A DNA stretch of 47,075 nucleotides from an uncultured Eubacteriales bacterium (GCA_934446285.1 CAKSEI010000002.1:1-47075); one strand, 5' to 3'; counted from the stretch's first letter, positions 31,420 through 40,636 are shown. Numbers and translations are program-made. Notes: generated by a model from the sequence alone, not told the origin.

Positions 31420-32721
31420 ATGTCTATGTATAATAAGAAAACCATTGAAGACATTGACGTTGCGGGCAAAAGAGTCCTTGTACGCTGTGATTTCAACGTA
31501 CCGATGAAGGACGGCGTTATCACCGACAATAAGCGTATCGTCGGCGCACTGCCCACAATAAAGTATCTTGCGGACCACGGCGCAAAGGTTATCCTCTGCT
31601 CTCACATGGGTCGACCGCACAATATTTTCAACGACACGGTAAAGCTTGATAAGAAGGAAAAGAAGAAGATAGAGGCTCTCCCCGAGTCCGAGCAGGCGCA
31701 AGCAAAGGCAGAGGCTCTCGAAAAGGCTAAGTCAGACGTAAAGAAGTTCTCGCTCGCCCCCGCGGCAGAGGAGCTTTCAAAGCTGCTCGGCAAAGAGGTC
31801 GTCATGGCAAAGGACGTTATCGGCGAGGATGCTAAGGCTAAGGCTGCGGCTCTGTGCGACGGCGACGTTATGATGATAGAGAATGTCCGCTTTCACGAGG
31901 AGGAGGAGAAGAACGATCCCGAGTTTGCAAAGGCTCTTGCCTCCATGGCTGAGATTTATGTAAACGATGCATTCGGCACGGCTCACCGCGCTCACGCATC
32001 CACCGCGGGTGTTGCGGACTATCTGCCCGCTGTATGCGGATATCTTATTCAGAAGGAGATTTCCGTCATGGGCGGTGCTCTCGCCGATCCGAAGCGTCCC
32101 TTCGTCGCCATTCTCGGCGGTGCAAAGGTTTCCGATAAGATAGGCGTTATCAACAACCTCATTGACAAGGTTGACACGCTCATCATCGGCGGCGGTATGG
32201 CTTATACCTTCTTTAAGTCGCGCGGAAACGACGTCGGCTCGTCCCTCTGCGAGACGGACAAGCTAGACCTCGCAAAGGAGCTTGTTGACAAGGCTCACGC
32301 CAAGGGCGTCAACTTCTTACTCCCCATAGACAACGTAATAGGCAGAGAGTACAAGGAGGATACACCTCATATGCGTATCTACTCCGACTCCATTCCGGAC
32401 GGCTGGATGGGTCTTGATATCGGCTCGCGCACGCAGGAGCTTTTCGCAAAGTCCATTGAGGGCGCGGGAACGGTTATCTGGAACGGACCTATGGGCGTAT
32501 CCGAGTGGGAGAACTTTGCTGCCGGCACTGTCGCAGTTGCAGAGGCGGTTGCAAACTCCGGCGCTATCTCGATAATCGGCGGCGGCGACTCCGCAGCAGC
32601 CGTTGAGAAGCTCGGTTTTGCAGACAAGATGACTCACATATCCACCGGCGGCGGCGCGTCGCTCGAGTTCCTTGAGGGCAAGGAGCTTCCCGGTATCGCT
32701 TGCCTTAACGATAAGGACTGA
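31420..32721 (+). CDS. pgk: Phosphoglycerate kinase (with an extra Lys/Glu-rich insertion)
   Basis: [66 protein letters not shown] and [22 protein letters not shown] 8 nt upstream. Confidence 0.95.
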   Translation: MSMYNKKTIEDIDVAGKRVLVRCDFNVPMKDGVITDNKRIVGALPTIKYLADHGAKVILCSHMGRPHNIFNDTVKLDKKEKKKIEALPESEQAQAKAEALEKAKSDVKKFSLAPAAEELSKLLGKEVVMAKDVIGEDAKAKAAALCDGDVMMIENVRFHEEEEKNDPEFAKALASMAEIYVNDAFGTAHRAHASTAGVADYLPAVCGYLIQKEISVMGGALADPKRPFVAILGGAKVSDKIGVINNLIDKVDTLIIGGGMAYTFFKSRGNDVGSSLCETDKLDLAKELVDKAHAKGVNFLLPIDNVIGREYKEDTPHMRIYSDSIPDGWMGLDIGSRTQELFAKSIEGAGTVIWNGPMGVSEWENFAAGTVAVAEAVANSGAISIIGGGDSAAAVEKLGFADKMTHISTGGGASLEFLEGKELPGIACLNDKD

Positions 32722-32731
32722 GGTGAAAAAA

Positions 32732-33499
32732 ATGAATAAGACACTTCGCAAAGCGGTTATCGCAGGTAACTGGAAAATGAATAAGACCCCCGCACAGGCA
32801 AAGGCTCTGCTCGAGGAGCTTTCGCCCATGGTAGCGGGAAAGGACGGCTGCGAGATTATAGTCTGCACGCCGTTCGTCGACCTCGCAAATGCCATAGAGG
32901 CAACGCGCGGAACGAATATAAAGGTGGGCGCGCAGAACGTCCATTTCAAGGAGAGCGGCGCTTACACAGGTGAGATTTCCGCCTCCATGCTGACAGAGAT
33001 GGGCGTGGAGTACGTTATAATCGGTCACTCCGAGCGCAGACAGTATTTCGGCGAGACGGACGAGACCGTCAATCTGAGAGTAAAGGCAGCCCTTGACGGA
33101 GGCTTAAAGGTTATACTTTGCGTAGGCGAGCTGCTTGCACAGAGAGAACTGGGCATCACCTCAGAGATTGTCGCTATGCAGACGAAAATTGCACTTTCGG
33201 GCGTTTCCGCAGAGCAGATGAAGAATGTCATCATAGCTTACGAGCCTGTATGGGCGATAGGCACGGGCAAGACCGCAACGGCAGAGCAGGCAGAGGAAGT
33301 CTGTGCGCTCATCCGTGACGTTATCGCGGGTCTTTACGGCAAGGCCACGGCAGACGCAACTACCGTACAGTACGGCGGCAGCATGAATGCCGGCAACGCA
33401 GCCGAGCTGCTCGCCAAAGAGGATATCGACGGCGGTCTTATCGGCGGCGCATCGCTCAAGCCCGCTGACTTCACCGTCATAGTCGATGCAGCACAATAA
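32732..33499 (+). CDS. tpiA: Triosephosphate isomerase
   Basis: I chose the internal start at M21 (MNKTLRKAVIAGNWKMNKT; GAGGTG RBS). The product has IIGHSERR, AYEPVWAIGTGKTAT and YGGSMN. Confidence 0.95.
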   Translation: MNKTLRKAVIAGNWKMNKTPAQAKALLEELSPMVAGKDGCEIIVCTPFVDLANAIEATRGTNIKVGAQNVHFKESGAYTGEISASMLTEMGVEYVIIGHSERRQYFGETDETVNLRVKAALDGGLKVILCVGELLAQRELGITSEIVAMQTKIALSGVSAEQMKNVIIAYEPVWAIGTGKTATAEQAEEVCALIRDVIAGLYGKATADATTVQYGGSMNAGNAAELLAKEDIDGGLIGGASLKPADFTVIVDAAQ

Positions 33500-33512
33500 G
33501 AAGGTAAAACAG

Positions 33513-33547
33513 CGCAGCTTTCCCGACGGAAAGCTGCGTTGGCTTTT
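33513..33547 (+). terminator. Terminator hairpin after tpiA
   Basis: cgcagctttcc/cgac/ggaaagctgcg followed by ttggctttt. Confidence 0.6.
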
Positions 33548-33660
33548 CGCAAGCTTTTCGCAAGCTTTTCGAGAAAAGCTTGGCAAAAGCTTTTGTATAT
33601 GAAATGCCTTAGCTTACCCCTTATTTGAAGTTTTTTGCGCAGCTTTTTTTCAAAAAAGCG
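33541..33660 (+). repeat. Dispersed intergenic repeat, copy B1 (with an internal tandem duplication of aagcttttcgc)
   Basis: ttttcgcaagcttttcgagaaaagcttggcaaaagcttttgtatatgaaatgccttagcttaccccttatttgaagtttt aligns along its length with 38661-38745. Confidence 0.65.
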
Positions 33661-33811
33661 ACATATACTATACGTAAACTTCAGGAGAAACCCTCTGCGC
33701 GAGGGTTTCTCCTCTTTTACGCCTGCGGCGTAAAATTCACCTCTTCCTGCGCTTTTGGAAGCATAGGGGCGTTTCGCCGCCGCATTGGCGATTAGAGGCT
33801 CTGCCTTTAAA

Positions 33812-33915
33812 AACCGCGAGCCTTTAAAAAGGCTCGACCCAAACTTTTAATAAGGGAAAAGCGTAGGCATCTCTTTTACAAAAGCTGCCCGAGCTTTTTT
33901 CGGGAAAGCCTTTGC
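33812..33915 (-). repeat. Dispersed intergenic repeat, copy B2 (inverted)
   Basis: The reverse complement ggctttcccgaaaaaagctcgggcagcttttgtaaaagagatgcctacgcttttcccttattaaaagtttgggtcgagcctttttaaaggctcg is co-linear with 38670-38763, including the terminal aagcctttttaaaggctt hairpin. Confidence 0.7.
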
Positions 33916-34791
33916 CTACTTCTGCAGCAATGTCATGTCTATTGCCGAGGAGAGCACGCTCGCGAGCGTGCGCACGACAAGGTCGCTTTCATTGAGAGAT
34001 ACGAAAAAGTCCTGCTGCCTGTCAAGCTCCCTCTCCGCTGCACGGTCGAGAACCGTTCCCGCCGTCGAGAGCGCGTCATATATTATCGTCTGACACGAAG
34101 TGACCGTCGGCACGCCGAGAGCGATGACGGGCACGCCGAGCGTCTCACGCGACAGCTCGCGCCTTTTTTGCCCTATTCCGCTGCCCGGACGTATGCCCGT
34201 GTCCGTCATCTGCACCGTGGTAGCAAGCCGCGACACGCTGCGCGCCGCGAGTGCGTCAACGGCAATGACGAGCGACGGGCATAGGCACTTTACCACTCCG
34301 CTCATAAGCTCCGCTGTCTCTACTCCCGTCTGACCGACGACCCCCGGGCTTATCGCCGATACGTCGTAGGCGCTCGGGGACACGCCCTGCCCGCCCGTTT
34401 CCTCGCGTATGTGACGCGTCACCGTTACCGTGTCTGCGGTGAAGGGTCCAATCGCGTCCGGTGTTACCGAGCGGTTTCCGAGCCCGCATACGAGCACGCT
34501 TTCTATCCTTTTGCAAGCCGAGTGCATAAGGTCATTTAAATGCCGCGAAACCGTTCGCGCGGCACGCATACATTCCTCCCCGTCCTGCTCCCACAGTCTG
34601 CCGACGTCGATCGTTATATAAGAGCCGATCGGTCTGCCGAGCAGGTCCGCGCCTCTCTCATCCGTTACCCGTATGTCCGTAACCGAAAAACCGTCCGAGT
34701 CGTATACGTTTCTGCTTACTCCATCCGCCGCACCCGACAGGTCGTGCGCCTCCGAGGCGAGGTCGGTAAAAATAAATCGTGAAGCTGACAT
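33916..34791 (-). CDS. gpr: GPR endopeptidase (spore germination protease)
   Basis: TDLASEAH..., PIGSYITID, VLVCGLGNRSVTPDAIGP, VSAISPGVVGQTGVET and GVPVIALGVPTV are the typical Gpr pattern. Confidence 0.9.
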   Translation of the reverse strand: MSASRFIFTDLASEAHDLSGAADGVSRNVYDSDGFSVTDIRVTDERGADLLGRPIGSYITIDVGRLWEQDGEECMRAARTVSRHLNDLMHSACKRIESVLVCGLGNRSVTPDAIGPFTADTVTVTRHIREETGGQGVSPSAYDVSAISPGVVGQTGVETAELMSGVVKCLCPSLVIAVDALAARSVSRLATTVQMTDTGIRPGSGIGQKRRELSRETLGVPVIALGVPTVTSCQTIIYDALSTAGTVLDRAAERELDRQQDFFVSLNESDLVVRTLASVLSSAIDMTLLQK

Positions 34792-34816
34792 GTTATCCTC
34801 CGTTATTTACTTAACA

Positions 34817-34846
34817 TATTCTGCTCAGAGGGTCCGAACCTTATGC
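34817..34846 (-). promoter_or_regulatory. Forespore-type (sigma-G/F-like) promoter candidate upstream of gpr
   Basis: The minus strand reads GCATA, 18 nt, then CAGAATA. The remembered sigma-G consensus is GHATR-18-CATnnTA, so there is one mismatch. gpr is classically forespore-expressed. Confidence 0.35.
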
Positions 34847-35006
34847 AAAATGCAAAAAAACCGTCAGTGCGATTTGTGCAAACACATGAAACTTCGCCCG
34901 GCGGATTTTTTTAACCCGAATGTCCTTGCGAAAAAGCGCGTTTGGTGCTATACTATTGTAGTAATTAACCATTGTGGAAAACTATGTGGTTGCAAGGAGC
35001 ACAAAA

Positions 35007-36923
35007 ATGAAAAGAACACTATGCCTTGTCCTTGCCGTCGTCATGGCGGTATGCATTTTTACCGGATGCACGGACAAAACGGATAAGGGACCGATAATCC
35101 CCGTTTATATCTGTGATGAGACGATTATTTTCGACCCTGCCTACGCATATACGGACGATGCGTCGGTGAAAATTCTTTCCCTGCTTTACGAGGGTCTTAC
35201 CCGCGTTAATGAAAAGGGTAAGGTTGAGAATGCACTCATGGACAGCTATAAATATTATCAGCAGGAGGACGGCTCTTACGTTATGGAGGCGACCCTTGCC
35301 GAGTCATATTGGAGCGACGGACTGTCCGTTTCCGCGAACGATATAGTATATTCCATAAAGCGTATAATGGATCCCGAGTTCTCGAGCGAGGCAGCGCCTC
35401 TGCTCTATGAGCTGCGCAATGCGCGCGATGTTAAGAAAGGCGACTTAAGCATAGACGACCTCGGTGTACGCAGCGCCGAGAACCAGGTCGTGCAGTTTAT
35501 CTTTGACCGCGATATTGACGTGGACGAATGGCTTGAGACGCTCGCGAGCCCCGCGCTTGTGCCTCTGCGCGAGTCGGCTGTATCTACCCTCACTCCCTGC
35601 GAGCGCATTTACGAGACGACGACAAACGGCTCGGGCACCGAGATAAAAGTCATCAAGCAGTATGATATTCCCGAGTATGCATGGAGCACAAACAACCAGA
35701 TATTCGTCGGTAACGGTGAGTTTACGATAAAGAGCTTTAAGCGTGCCTCCGCCGAGGAAAACGGCGAGCTGACACTTATCCGCAACTCCTACTATCACCG
35801 TGACCCGATGGGCAACGAGGCTCTCTCCTCGCAGGTTAAGCCCAATCAGGTAAAGATAGTATTCCCGTCCAAGATGGCAAAGGCAGAGTATGAGCTTAAG
35901 GACGGCGAGCAGGAGGTTGCACTTGACCAGCTCGTTTCCTACGCGTCAATGAGTGCGTCCGACAAGACACAGGCGATAACATTCGATTCCAACATCTCTC
36001 TCGTGAATGCGGGCAAGAGCAAGGAGGCGAATATGCTCACGCAGCACGCATATTACTTCAATACGGACAATGAGCTGTTTGCCGACGCGGACGTGCGCCT
36101 TGCACTGTCAATGGCAATAGACAGAAACCATATAGCGGAGCTTGTTTCGGGCGTTACCGCGTCAAAGGGTTGGGTTGCCGACGGTGTTTACTCCGACAGC
36201 TCGAGAAAGAAAACCTACCGTGAGGCGAACAGCGAAACGCTTGTATCGGCATCGGCTGACCTCGAGGGCGCAAAGTCGCTGCTCAAGGGTAAGAAGAAAG
36301 GCTCGTTTACGATAACATGCCGCGACAGTGCAGTCGAAAAGACGATTGCAGAATACGTGAAGAGTGTATGGTCTGAGCTCGGCTACACGGTAAAGGTCAG
36401 CGCCCTCGGTCTTGATAACAAGGGTATCGGAGACGAGACTGAATTTACCAACTACTATTCGCTCTGGAGAGACAACTTCACGAGCGCCTATATCGCACGA
36501 GACTTTGATGTCATCGCCATAGACTATACGTCCATGGGCACATATGCTTTCGCATCGCTTGCTCCGTTTGCTACGGGCTTTACCGGCAAAGCCATAAGCC
36601 TGAAGGATCTTACGCTCGACCCCGATTACGATGCGAACATCCCGCATATAACGGGCTGGCAGAACGATGAGTTTGACAGCCTTATCGAAAAGGCATTTGA
36701 GGAGAAGGACCTCGGCGCACGCAGCACGATTCTCGCCGATGCGGAGAAGATACTCATGAAGGAGATGCCCGTAATGCCTCTCGTACAGTATAAGAACTGC
36801 TACGTCAAGAGCAAGGATCTCTCGGGTCTCTCCGTGTCTTACTACGGAGCTGTAAACTTCAGGGACGCAAAGCTTAAGAATGCAGACGACTACACGGCAA
36901 CCGAGCCTATCGAAGAGGAATAA
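35007..36923 (+). CDS. ABC transporter substrate-binding lipoprotein, family 5 (peptide/nickel, OppA-like)
   Basis: I chose the internal start at M12 (MKRTLCLVLAVVMAVCIFTGC lipobox; AAGGAG RBS). Its length of about 640 aa and general SBP_bac_5-like features (...YEGLTR..., ...WSDG..V.A.D..YS..R...) fit the family. No permease or ATPase gene is adjacent. Confidence 0.7.
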   Translation: MKRTLCLVLAVVMAVCIFTGCTDKTDKGPIIPVYICDETIIFDPAYAYTDDASVKILSLLYEGLTRVNEKGKVENALMDSYKYYQQEDGSYVMEATLAESYWSDGLSVSANDIVYSIKRIMDPEFSSEAAPLLYELRNARDVKKGDLSIDDLGVRSAENQVVQFIFDRDIDVDEWLETLASPALVPLRESAVSTLTPCERIYETTTNGSGTEIKVIKQYDIPEYAWSTNNQIFVGNGEFTIKSFKRASAEENGELTLIRNSYYHRDPMGNEALSSQVKPNQVKIVFPSKMAKAEYELKDGEQEVALDQLVSYASMSASDKTQAITFDSNISLVNAGKSKEANMLTQHAYYFNTDNELFADADVRLALSMAIDRNHIAELVSGVTASKGWVADGVYSDSSRKKTYREANSETLVSASADLEGAKSLLKGKKKGSFTITCRDSAVEKTIAEYVKSVWSELGYTVKVSALGLDNKGIGDETEFTNYYSLWRDNFTSAYIARDFDVIAIDYTSMGTYAFASLAPFATGFTGKAISLKDLTLDPDYDANIPHITGWQNDEFDSLIEKAFEEKDLGARSTILADAEKILMKEMPVMPLVQYKNCYVKSKDLSGLSVSYYGAVNFRDAKLKNADDYTATEPIEEE

Positions 36924-36986
36924 CAGACAAACAAAATACCCGCCGGGTGGATGCCCCACCCGGCGAATTTTTTTCGGAGAAGAATT

Positions 36987-37556
36987 ATGGCGGCAATTCA
37001 GGAAAAAAATGATGTAAAAATATTTATACTCTACATTCTCGGTCATATCGGATATCCGATAGACTATGCGTCGCTCACCGACCTCGTGCTCGGTGGCGGA
37101 GTGGTGAGATATTTTGACTTTGTTGAGTGTTTCGGCGAACTGGTGGACGACGGGAGTATACTGCGCTGCGACAGAGAGGCGACGGGCGAATACAGAGCGA
37201 CGGAGAAATTTGAGATAACCGCGCGCGGTAAGGAGCTCTCCGAGGTTCTTTCCTCCGAGCTCGCATCGTATATCAGGGATAAGAGCCTGAAGAGGACTAT
37301 GCAGTATCTGTCGTTCAAAAAGGACGGCACGCACATTCACTTTGACACAGAGCCTCTGTATGATGAGCGCAGCAAGATAAAATTCTGCCTCACGCGTGAT
37401 GAAGGGGAGATATTCCGCCTTGAATTCATCTCTGACAACGAGCGCATGACGGAGCGGGTACGCATGAATGTCGACTATGCTCCGGAGGACATATACAAGA
37501 GCATTCTGTCAATCATAACGGGCGACTCGGCGTATCTTTTCGGTGAGCAAAGCTGA
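36987..37556 (+). CDS. DUF4364-family protein
   Basis: I chose the internal start at M13 (MAAIQEKNDVKIFILYIL...; GGAGA RBS). The pattern resembles DUF4364 proteins common in Clostridia. The assignment is from memory only. Confidence 0.6.
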   Translation: MAAIQEKNDVKIFILYILGHIGYPIDYASLTDLVLGGGVVRYFDFVECFGELVDDGSILRCDREATGEYRATEKFEITARGKELSEVLSSELASYIRDKSLKRTMQYLSFKKDGTHIHFDTEPLYDERSKIKFCLTRDEGEIFRLEFISDNERMTERVRMNVDYAPEDIYKSILSIITGDSAYLFGEQS

Positions 37557-37659
37557 AAATACGCCGATTTCTTTGTCTAATCCGTCAAAAACGCATGCCC
37601 GTATTTGTGCACTATTAACGAACTTGAGCTTTGATGGTGGGAAGTCAACGTATTTGTTA

Positions 37660-37688
37660 TTGACATTTTACTAATAATCGCTTATAAT
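37660..37688 (+). promoter_or_regulatory. Consensus sigma-A promoter directly abutting the sigma-factor gene
   Basis: TTGACA (37660-37665), a 17-nt spacer and TATAAT (37683-37688). The ATG is at 37700. Confidence 0.7.
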
Positions 37689-37699
37689 GGTAATAAACT

Positions 37700-38230
37700 A
37701 TGAAGAATGAGCCGAATGAAACTGTTCTGCGTGCGCGCTCGGGCGATGCGGACAGTATGGAAAAGCTTATAGAGCAGTACCGCCCGATGATAGAGCGTGC
37801 GGTGGACGCATCCTACACAGGGCTGTGCGGCAGCACGTCGCGGGAGGACGTCATGCAGGAGGCACTGCTTGCCTTTTCGCGTGCGATAGACTCCTTTGAC
37901 TCTGACAGGGGCGTGACGTTCGGCGCATATTCGAGAAAATGCGTGAGGAATGCACTTATTTCACACGCACGCAGAGAAAACGCGCAGCGCAGAAAGAAAA
38001 AGCCCGTTCCCCCGCCGACGAAAAAAGCCGACGAGGAAAAAACGGAGTTTCTTATCCGCAGCCTTGAATGTCTTTACCCGACTCTTACTTCCCTTGAGCG
38101 GACGGTGCTCGGCTACACGGTCCGCGGATACCGCCCGCGCGAGATTGCAGAGGCGACGGGCAGGACACCCAAGAGCGTTTACAACGCACTTTGCCGTGTC
38201 AGGGAAAAGGCGTCGCGCATAAAAATGTAA
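37700..38230 (+). CDS. Sigma-70 family RNA polymerase sigma factor (regions 2 and 4 only)
   Basis: Region 2 is YRPMIERAV...EDVMQEALLAFSRAIDSFDSDRGVTFGAYSRKCVRNALISHAR. Region 4 is LTSLERTVLGYTVRGYRPREIAEATGRTPKSVYNALCRVREK. Confidence 0.85.
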   Translation: MKNEPNETVLRARSGDADSMEKLIEQYRPMIERAVDASYTGLCGSTSREDVMQEALLAFSRAIDSFDSDRGVTFGAYSRKCVRNALISHARRENAQRRKKKPVPPPTKKADEEKTEFLIRSLECLYPTLTSLERTVLGYTVRGYRPREIAEATGRTPKSVYNALCRVREKASRIKM

Positions 38231-38331
38231 TAAATGCTTCGGTAGCTTAAATAGAGCGTTGTTGTAAAATAAAGGTGACGGTTTGAGCCCGCCCTGAGGC
38301 GAAATAATTACCGCTAAAGCGAGGTAAAACA

Positions 38332-38616
38332 ATGTTTGAGGACAAGACATTAAAATGCGTTGAATGTGGAAAAGACTTCATATTCACCGCCGGTGAGCAG
38401 GAGTTCTATGCCGAGAAAGAGTATAAGAACGAGCCCAAGAGATGCAAGGAGTGCAGAACAGCGCGCAAGGGCTCAGGCAGAGCTGCACGCGAGATGTTTA
38501 CGGGCATCTGCTCAAATTGCGGCGGCGAGGCGCGTGTGCCTTTCCAGCCGAAGGACGACAGACCGATATATTGCAGCACCTGCTACGAGCAGATGCGCAG
38601 CAGCAAAAGAGGTTAA
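38332..38616 (+). CDS. Small double zinc-ribbon (CxxC-x17-CxxC type) protein
   Basis: CVECGKDFIFTAGEQEFYAEKEYKNEPKRCKEC and CSNCGGEARVPFQPKDDRPIYCSTC. GAGGT RBS. Confidence 0.8.
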   Translation: MFEDKTLKCVECGKDFIFTAGEQEFYAEKEYKNEPKRCKECRTARKGSGRAAREMFTGICSNCGGEARVPFQPKDDRPIYCSTCYEQMRSSKRG

Positions 38617-38620
38617 TAAG

Positions 38621-38665
38621 CCGAAAAGAATAAGCGACGGTGCATCCGTCGCTTATTCTTTTCGG
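38621..38665 (+). terminator. Long perfect hairpin after the zinc-ribbon gene
   Basis: The 20-bp stem is ccgaaaagaataagcgacgg / ccgtcgcttattcttttcgg. Confidence 0.6.
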
Positions 38666-38763
38666 CAAGCTTTCCCGAAAAAGCCCGGCAAAAATTATTG
38701 TATAAGAAGCGTATTCGATTTTACCCCTTATCAAAACTTTCGGTCAAGCCTTTTTAAAGGCTT
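38666..38763 (+). repeat. Dispersed intergenic repeat, copy C (reference copy)
   Basis: caagctttcccgaaaaagcccggcaaaaattattgtataagaagcgtattcgattttaccccttatcaaaactttcggtcaagcctttttaaaggcttg. See the copies at 26090, 26240, 33541 and 33812, and a degenerate copy near 4436. Confidence 0.65.
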
Positions 38764-38770
38764 GTGCGCT

Positions 38771-39571
38771 CTACTCTCCCGTCTTCTCCGAGAAGTCTAT
38801 GAGTGTTCCGGCGCTGCCCGTTACCTGAGGCAGAATGCCGTTCCACTTTTCAATCTTGTTGTATTCGATTATGTCCGCGGAGAGCGACTCGCTTATCGTG
38901 TCGTTCGCCTGGGCCTCAGCCTCCGCCTTTATGCGTATCGTTTCCGCCTCTGCCTCTGCATTCGTTATGGCGGTCTGCTTTTCCGTTTCAGCTTTGAGCA
39001 GCTGCTGCTGTGCTACCTGCTTTTCTTCTATTGCATTTATAAATGCGTCGGAAAATTCATAGTTTATTATGTTTACGTCTGCGATGTAAAGCCCGCTCTC
39101 GTTGAGCTTGTCATTTAACCCGGATATCAAGCCGTCGGAAATGAGCGTTCGGTTGGTGACGCTCTCCTCCGCCGTGTACTGCGCGGTTATCGCCTTGAGC
39201 ACTTCGTTTACAGCGGGAGTTACAAGCACGTCCTCGTAGTTTGCTCCGATATTCTTGTAAATGCTGTAGGATTTGCTCGTGTCAACGCGGTAGTTTATCG
39301 CGAGAATGGTCGATACGGTCTGTAAGTCCTTTGAGAAGGCCTCGGTCTCTACCTCAAGCTTGATTATCCTGTTGTCAATTTTTACTACCTGCTGCACGAA
39401 CGGCATTTTCAGGTGTATTCCCTCCTGAAGAACCCGCTCTGAGACTTTACCGAGCGTGACTACGACGCCCGTGTGTCCCGCCTCGACCACACAAACGCAG
39501 TTGAGGGCTATAATGACAGCCGCCGCGACGGCGACTATTGCTATGATGAGCTTTGACGATACTCTTTTCAT
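38771..39571 (-). CDS. SPFH/band-7 (prohibitin/HflC-like) membrane protein
   Basis: I chose the internal start at M51 (MKRVSSKLIIAIVAVAAAVIIAL; AAGGAG RBS). VEAGHTGVVVTLGKV....L.EGIH.K.PF is followed by an EA-rich coiled C-terminus (AEAEAETIRIKAEAEAQA). Confidence 0.85.
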   Translation of the reverse strand: MKRVSSKLIIAIVAVAAAVIIALNCVCVVEAGHTGVVVTLGKVSERVLQEGIHLKMPFVQQVVKIDNRIIKLEVETEAFSKDLQTVSTILAINYRVDTSKSYSIYKNIGANYEDVLVTPAVNEVLKAITAQYTAEESVTNRTLISDGLISGLNDKLNESGLYIADVNIINYEFSDAFINAIEEKQVAQQQLLKAETEKQTAITNAEAEAETIRIKAEAEAQANDTISESLSADIIEYNKIEKWNGILPQVTGSAGTLIDFSEKTGE

Positions 39572-39585
39572 TCTTCGTTCTCCTT

Positions 39586-40155
39586 TTAAACCTTGATTTT
39601 GCCGAATGCAAGCTCGGCTTCTTTTTTGTATTTGCCTGCATAATATGCATATGCCATCACGCGCAGGGCGTATTCGAGAGTGTCCGAATATTTTTTCTCC
39701 TCCGGCGTAAGCAGCTTGCAAGCATCACGTGCAGCACTATCCACATTCGCAGGGGCGTTTTTTGTCAGCCTTACGACACGGCAGAAAAGCTCAAAGAGTC
39801 TGCGCTCTTGGATAATATCGTCGCCCTCGTCGTTCACGTCACCGTTCAGTGCGCGCAGCAGCGCTCCGACATTGTCAATCTTCATGCCGTCGCGCACCGC
39901 GTTTATCGTGAGTATGCGGCACAGATGCCGCTCTGAATACCTGCGTCCGTTGGGATGGGGGACAAAGCCGCGCTTTATCCAGTTCTGAACCGTCGCGCTC
40001 TCAAGTCCCGTCACGTGGCATATCTGCGAGAGCGTCAGCCCGCCTCCCGACTGCGTGAACGGTCTGAATATTTCGAGAACATCGCGGTTGTCGGGATATG
40101 CGATGTTCGTCCCCGGTATCAATGCTTTATTCAAAACATTACCTCTTCTCTTCAA
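39586..40155 (-). CDS. DUF1836-like HTH protein
   Basis: LTLSQICHVTGLESATVQNWIKRGFVPHPNGRRYSERHLCRILTINAVRD is a MerR-like HTH characteristic of DUF1836. The listed start is TTG at 40155. An alternative TTG at 40134 has a better-placed GAGG RBS. Confidence 0.7.
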   Translation of the reverse strand: MKRRGNVLNKALIPGTNIAYPDNRDVLEIFRPFTQSGGGLTLSQICHVTGLESATVQNWIKRGFVPHPNGRRYSERHLCRILTINAVRDGMKIDNVGALLRALNGDVNDEGDDIIQERRLFELFCRVVRLTKNAPANVDSAARDACKLLTPEEKKYSDTLEYALRVMAYAYYAGKYKKEAELAFGKIKV

Positions 40156-40166
40156 GAGTTTATATG

Positions 40167-40195
40167 ATTATATCACACGGTCACAAGACTGTCAA
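40167..40195 (-). promoter_or_regulatory. Consensus sigma-A promoter for the DUF1836-SPFH operon
   Basis: On the minus strand: TTGACA (40195-40190), a 17-nt spacer and TATAAT (40172-40167). Confidence 0.7.
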
Positions 40196-40361
40196 TAGTC
40201 ACAAAAAATCTTTTTTGAAAAAATGTGCGCACGTATATTCACAATTGACTTGTCATGTTGATAGTGCTTGCGGATATGCACGCCGATTGCCGACATAATG
40301 ACGTATGCGCTCTGCCTACGGCAGAATATATGTTGGCATAATTATTTGATTTTGATATGTA

Positions 40362-40391
40362 TTGACAAAAAAGCGAGAGGCATGATATACT
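40362..40391 (+). promoter_or_regulatory. Promoter candidate giving a leader of about 400 nt ahead of the ABC exporter
   Basis: TTGACA (40362-40367), an 18-nt spacer and TATACT (40386-40391). Confidence 0.5.
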
Positions 40392-40636
40392 TATTTTGGA
40401 AATAGCTTTTGATGTTCGATATTTGTATACCGCCTAAATTGTAAATCGTTTAAAATAATCGCGTATAAAATAAGCAATTATTAATGCAATCTATTCCGTA
40501 TTAATAAATAAAAAACTATGATAGACATGCACGGCGAGACTGAACTTGTAAATAAGTACACGATCACTGCTTTGTGTGGCAAACCAAACTCGGAAAGAGT
40601 GTTGTTGCCGGCGCTCCGATTTTGTTAGCAATTATA

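Noticed and set aside
33541-33600. A tandem aagcttttcgc repeat that could be mistaken for a mini CRISPR or VNTR.
   Set aside because: There are only about 3 units of 11 nt with no spacers. It lies inside one copy of the dispersed intergenic repeat. No cas genes are present.
40518-40628. A 36-aa ORF (MIDMHGETELVNKYTITALCGKPNSERVLLPALRFC) and a 14-aa ORF at 40644 in the ABC exporter leader.
   Set aside because: Neither has an RBS or a distinctive composition. They are not reported as features, although they could matter if the leader works by attenuation.
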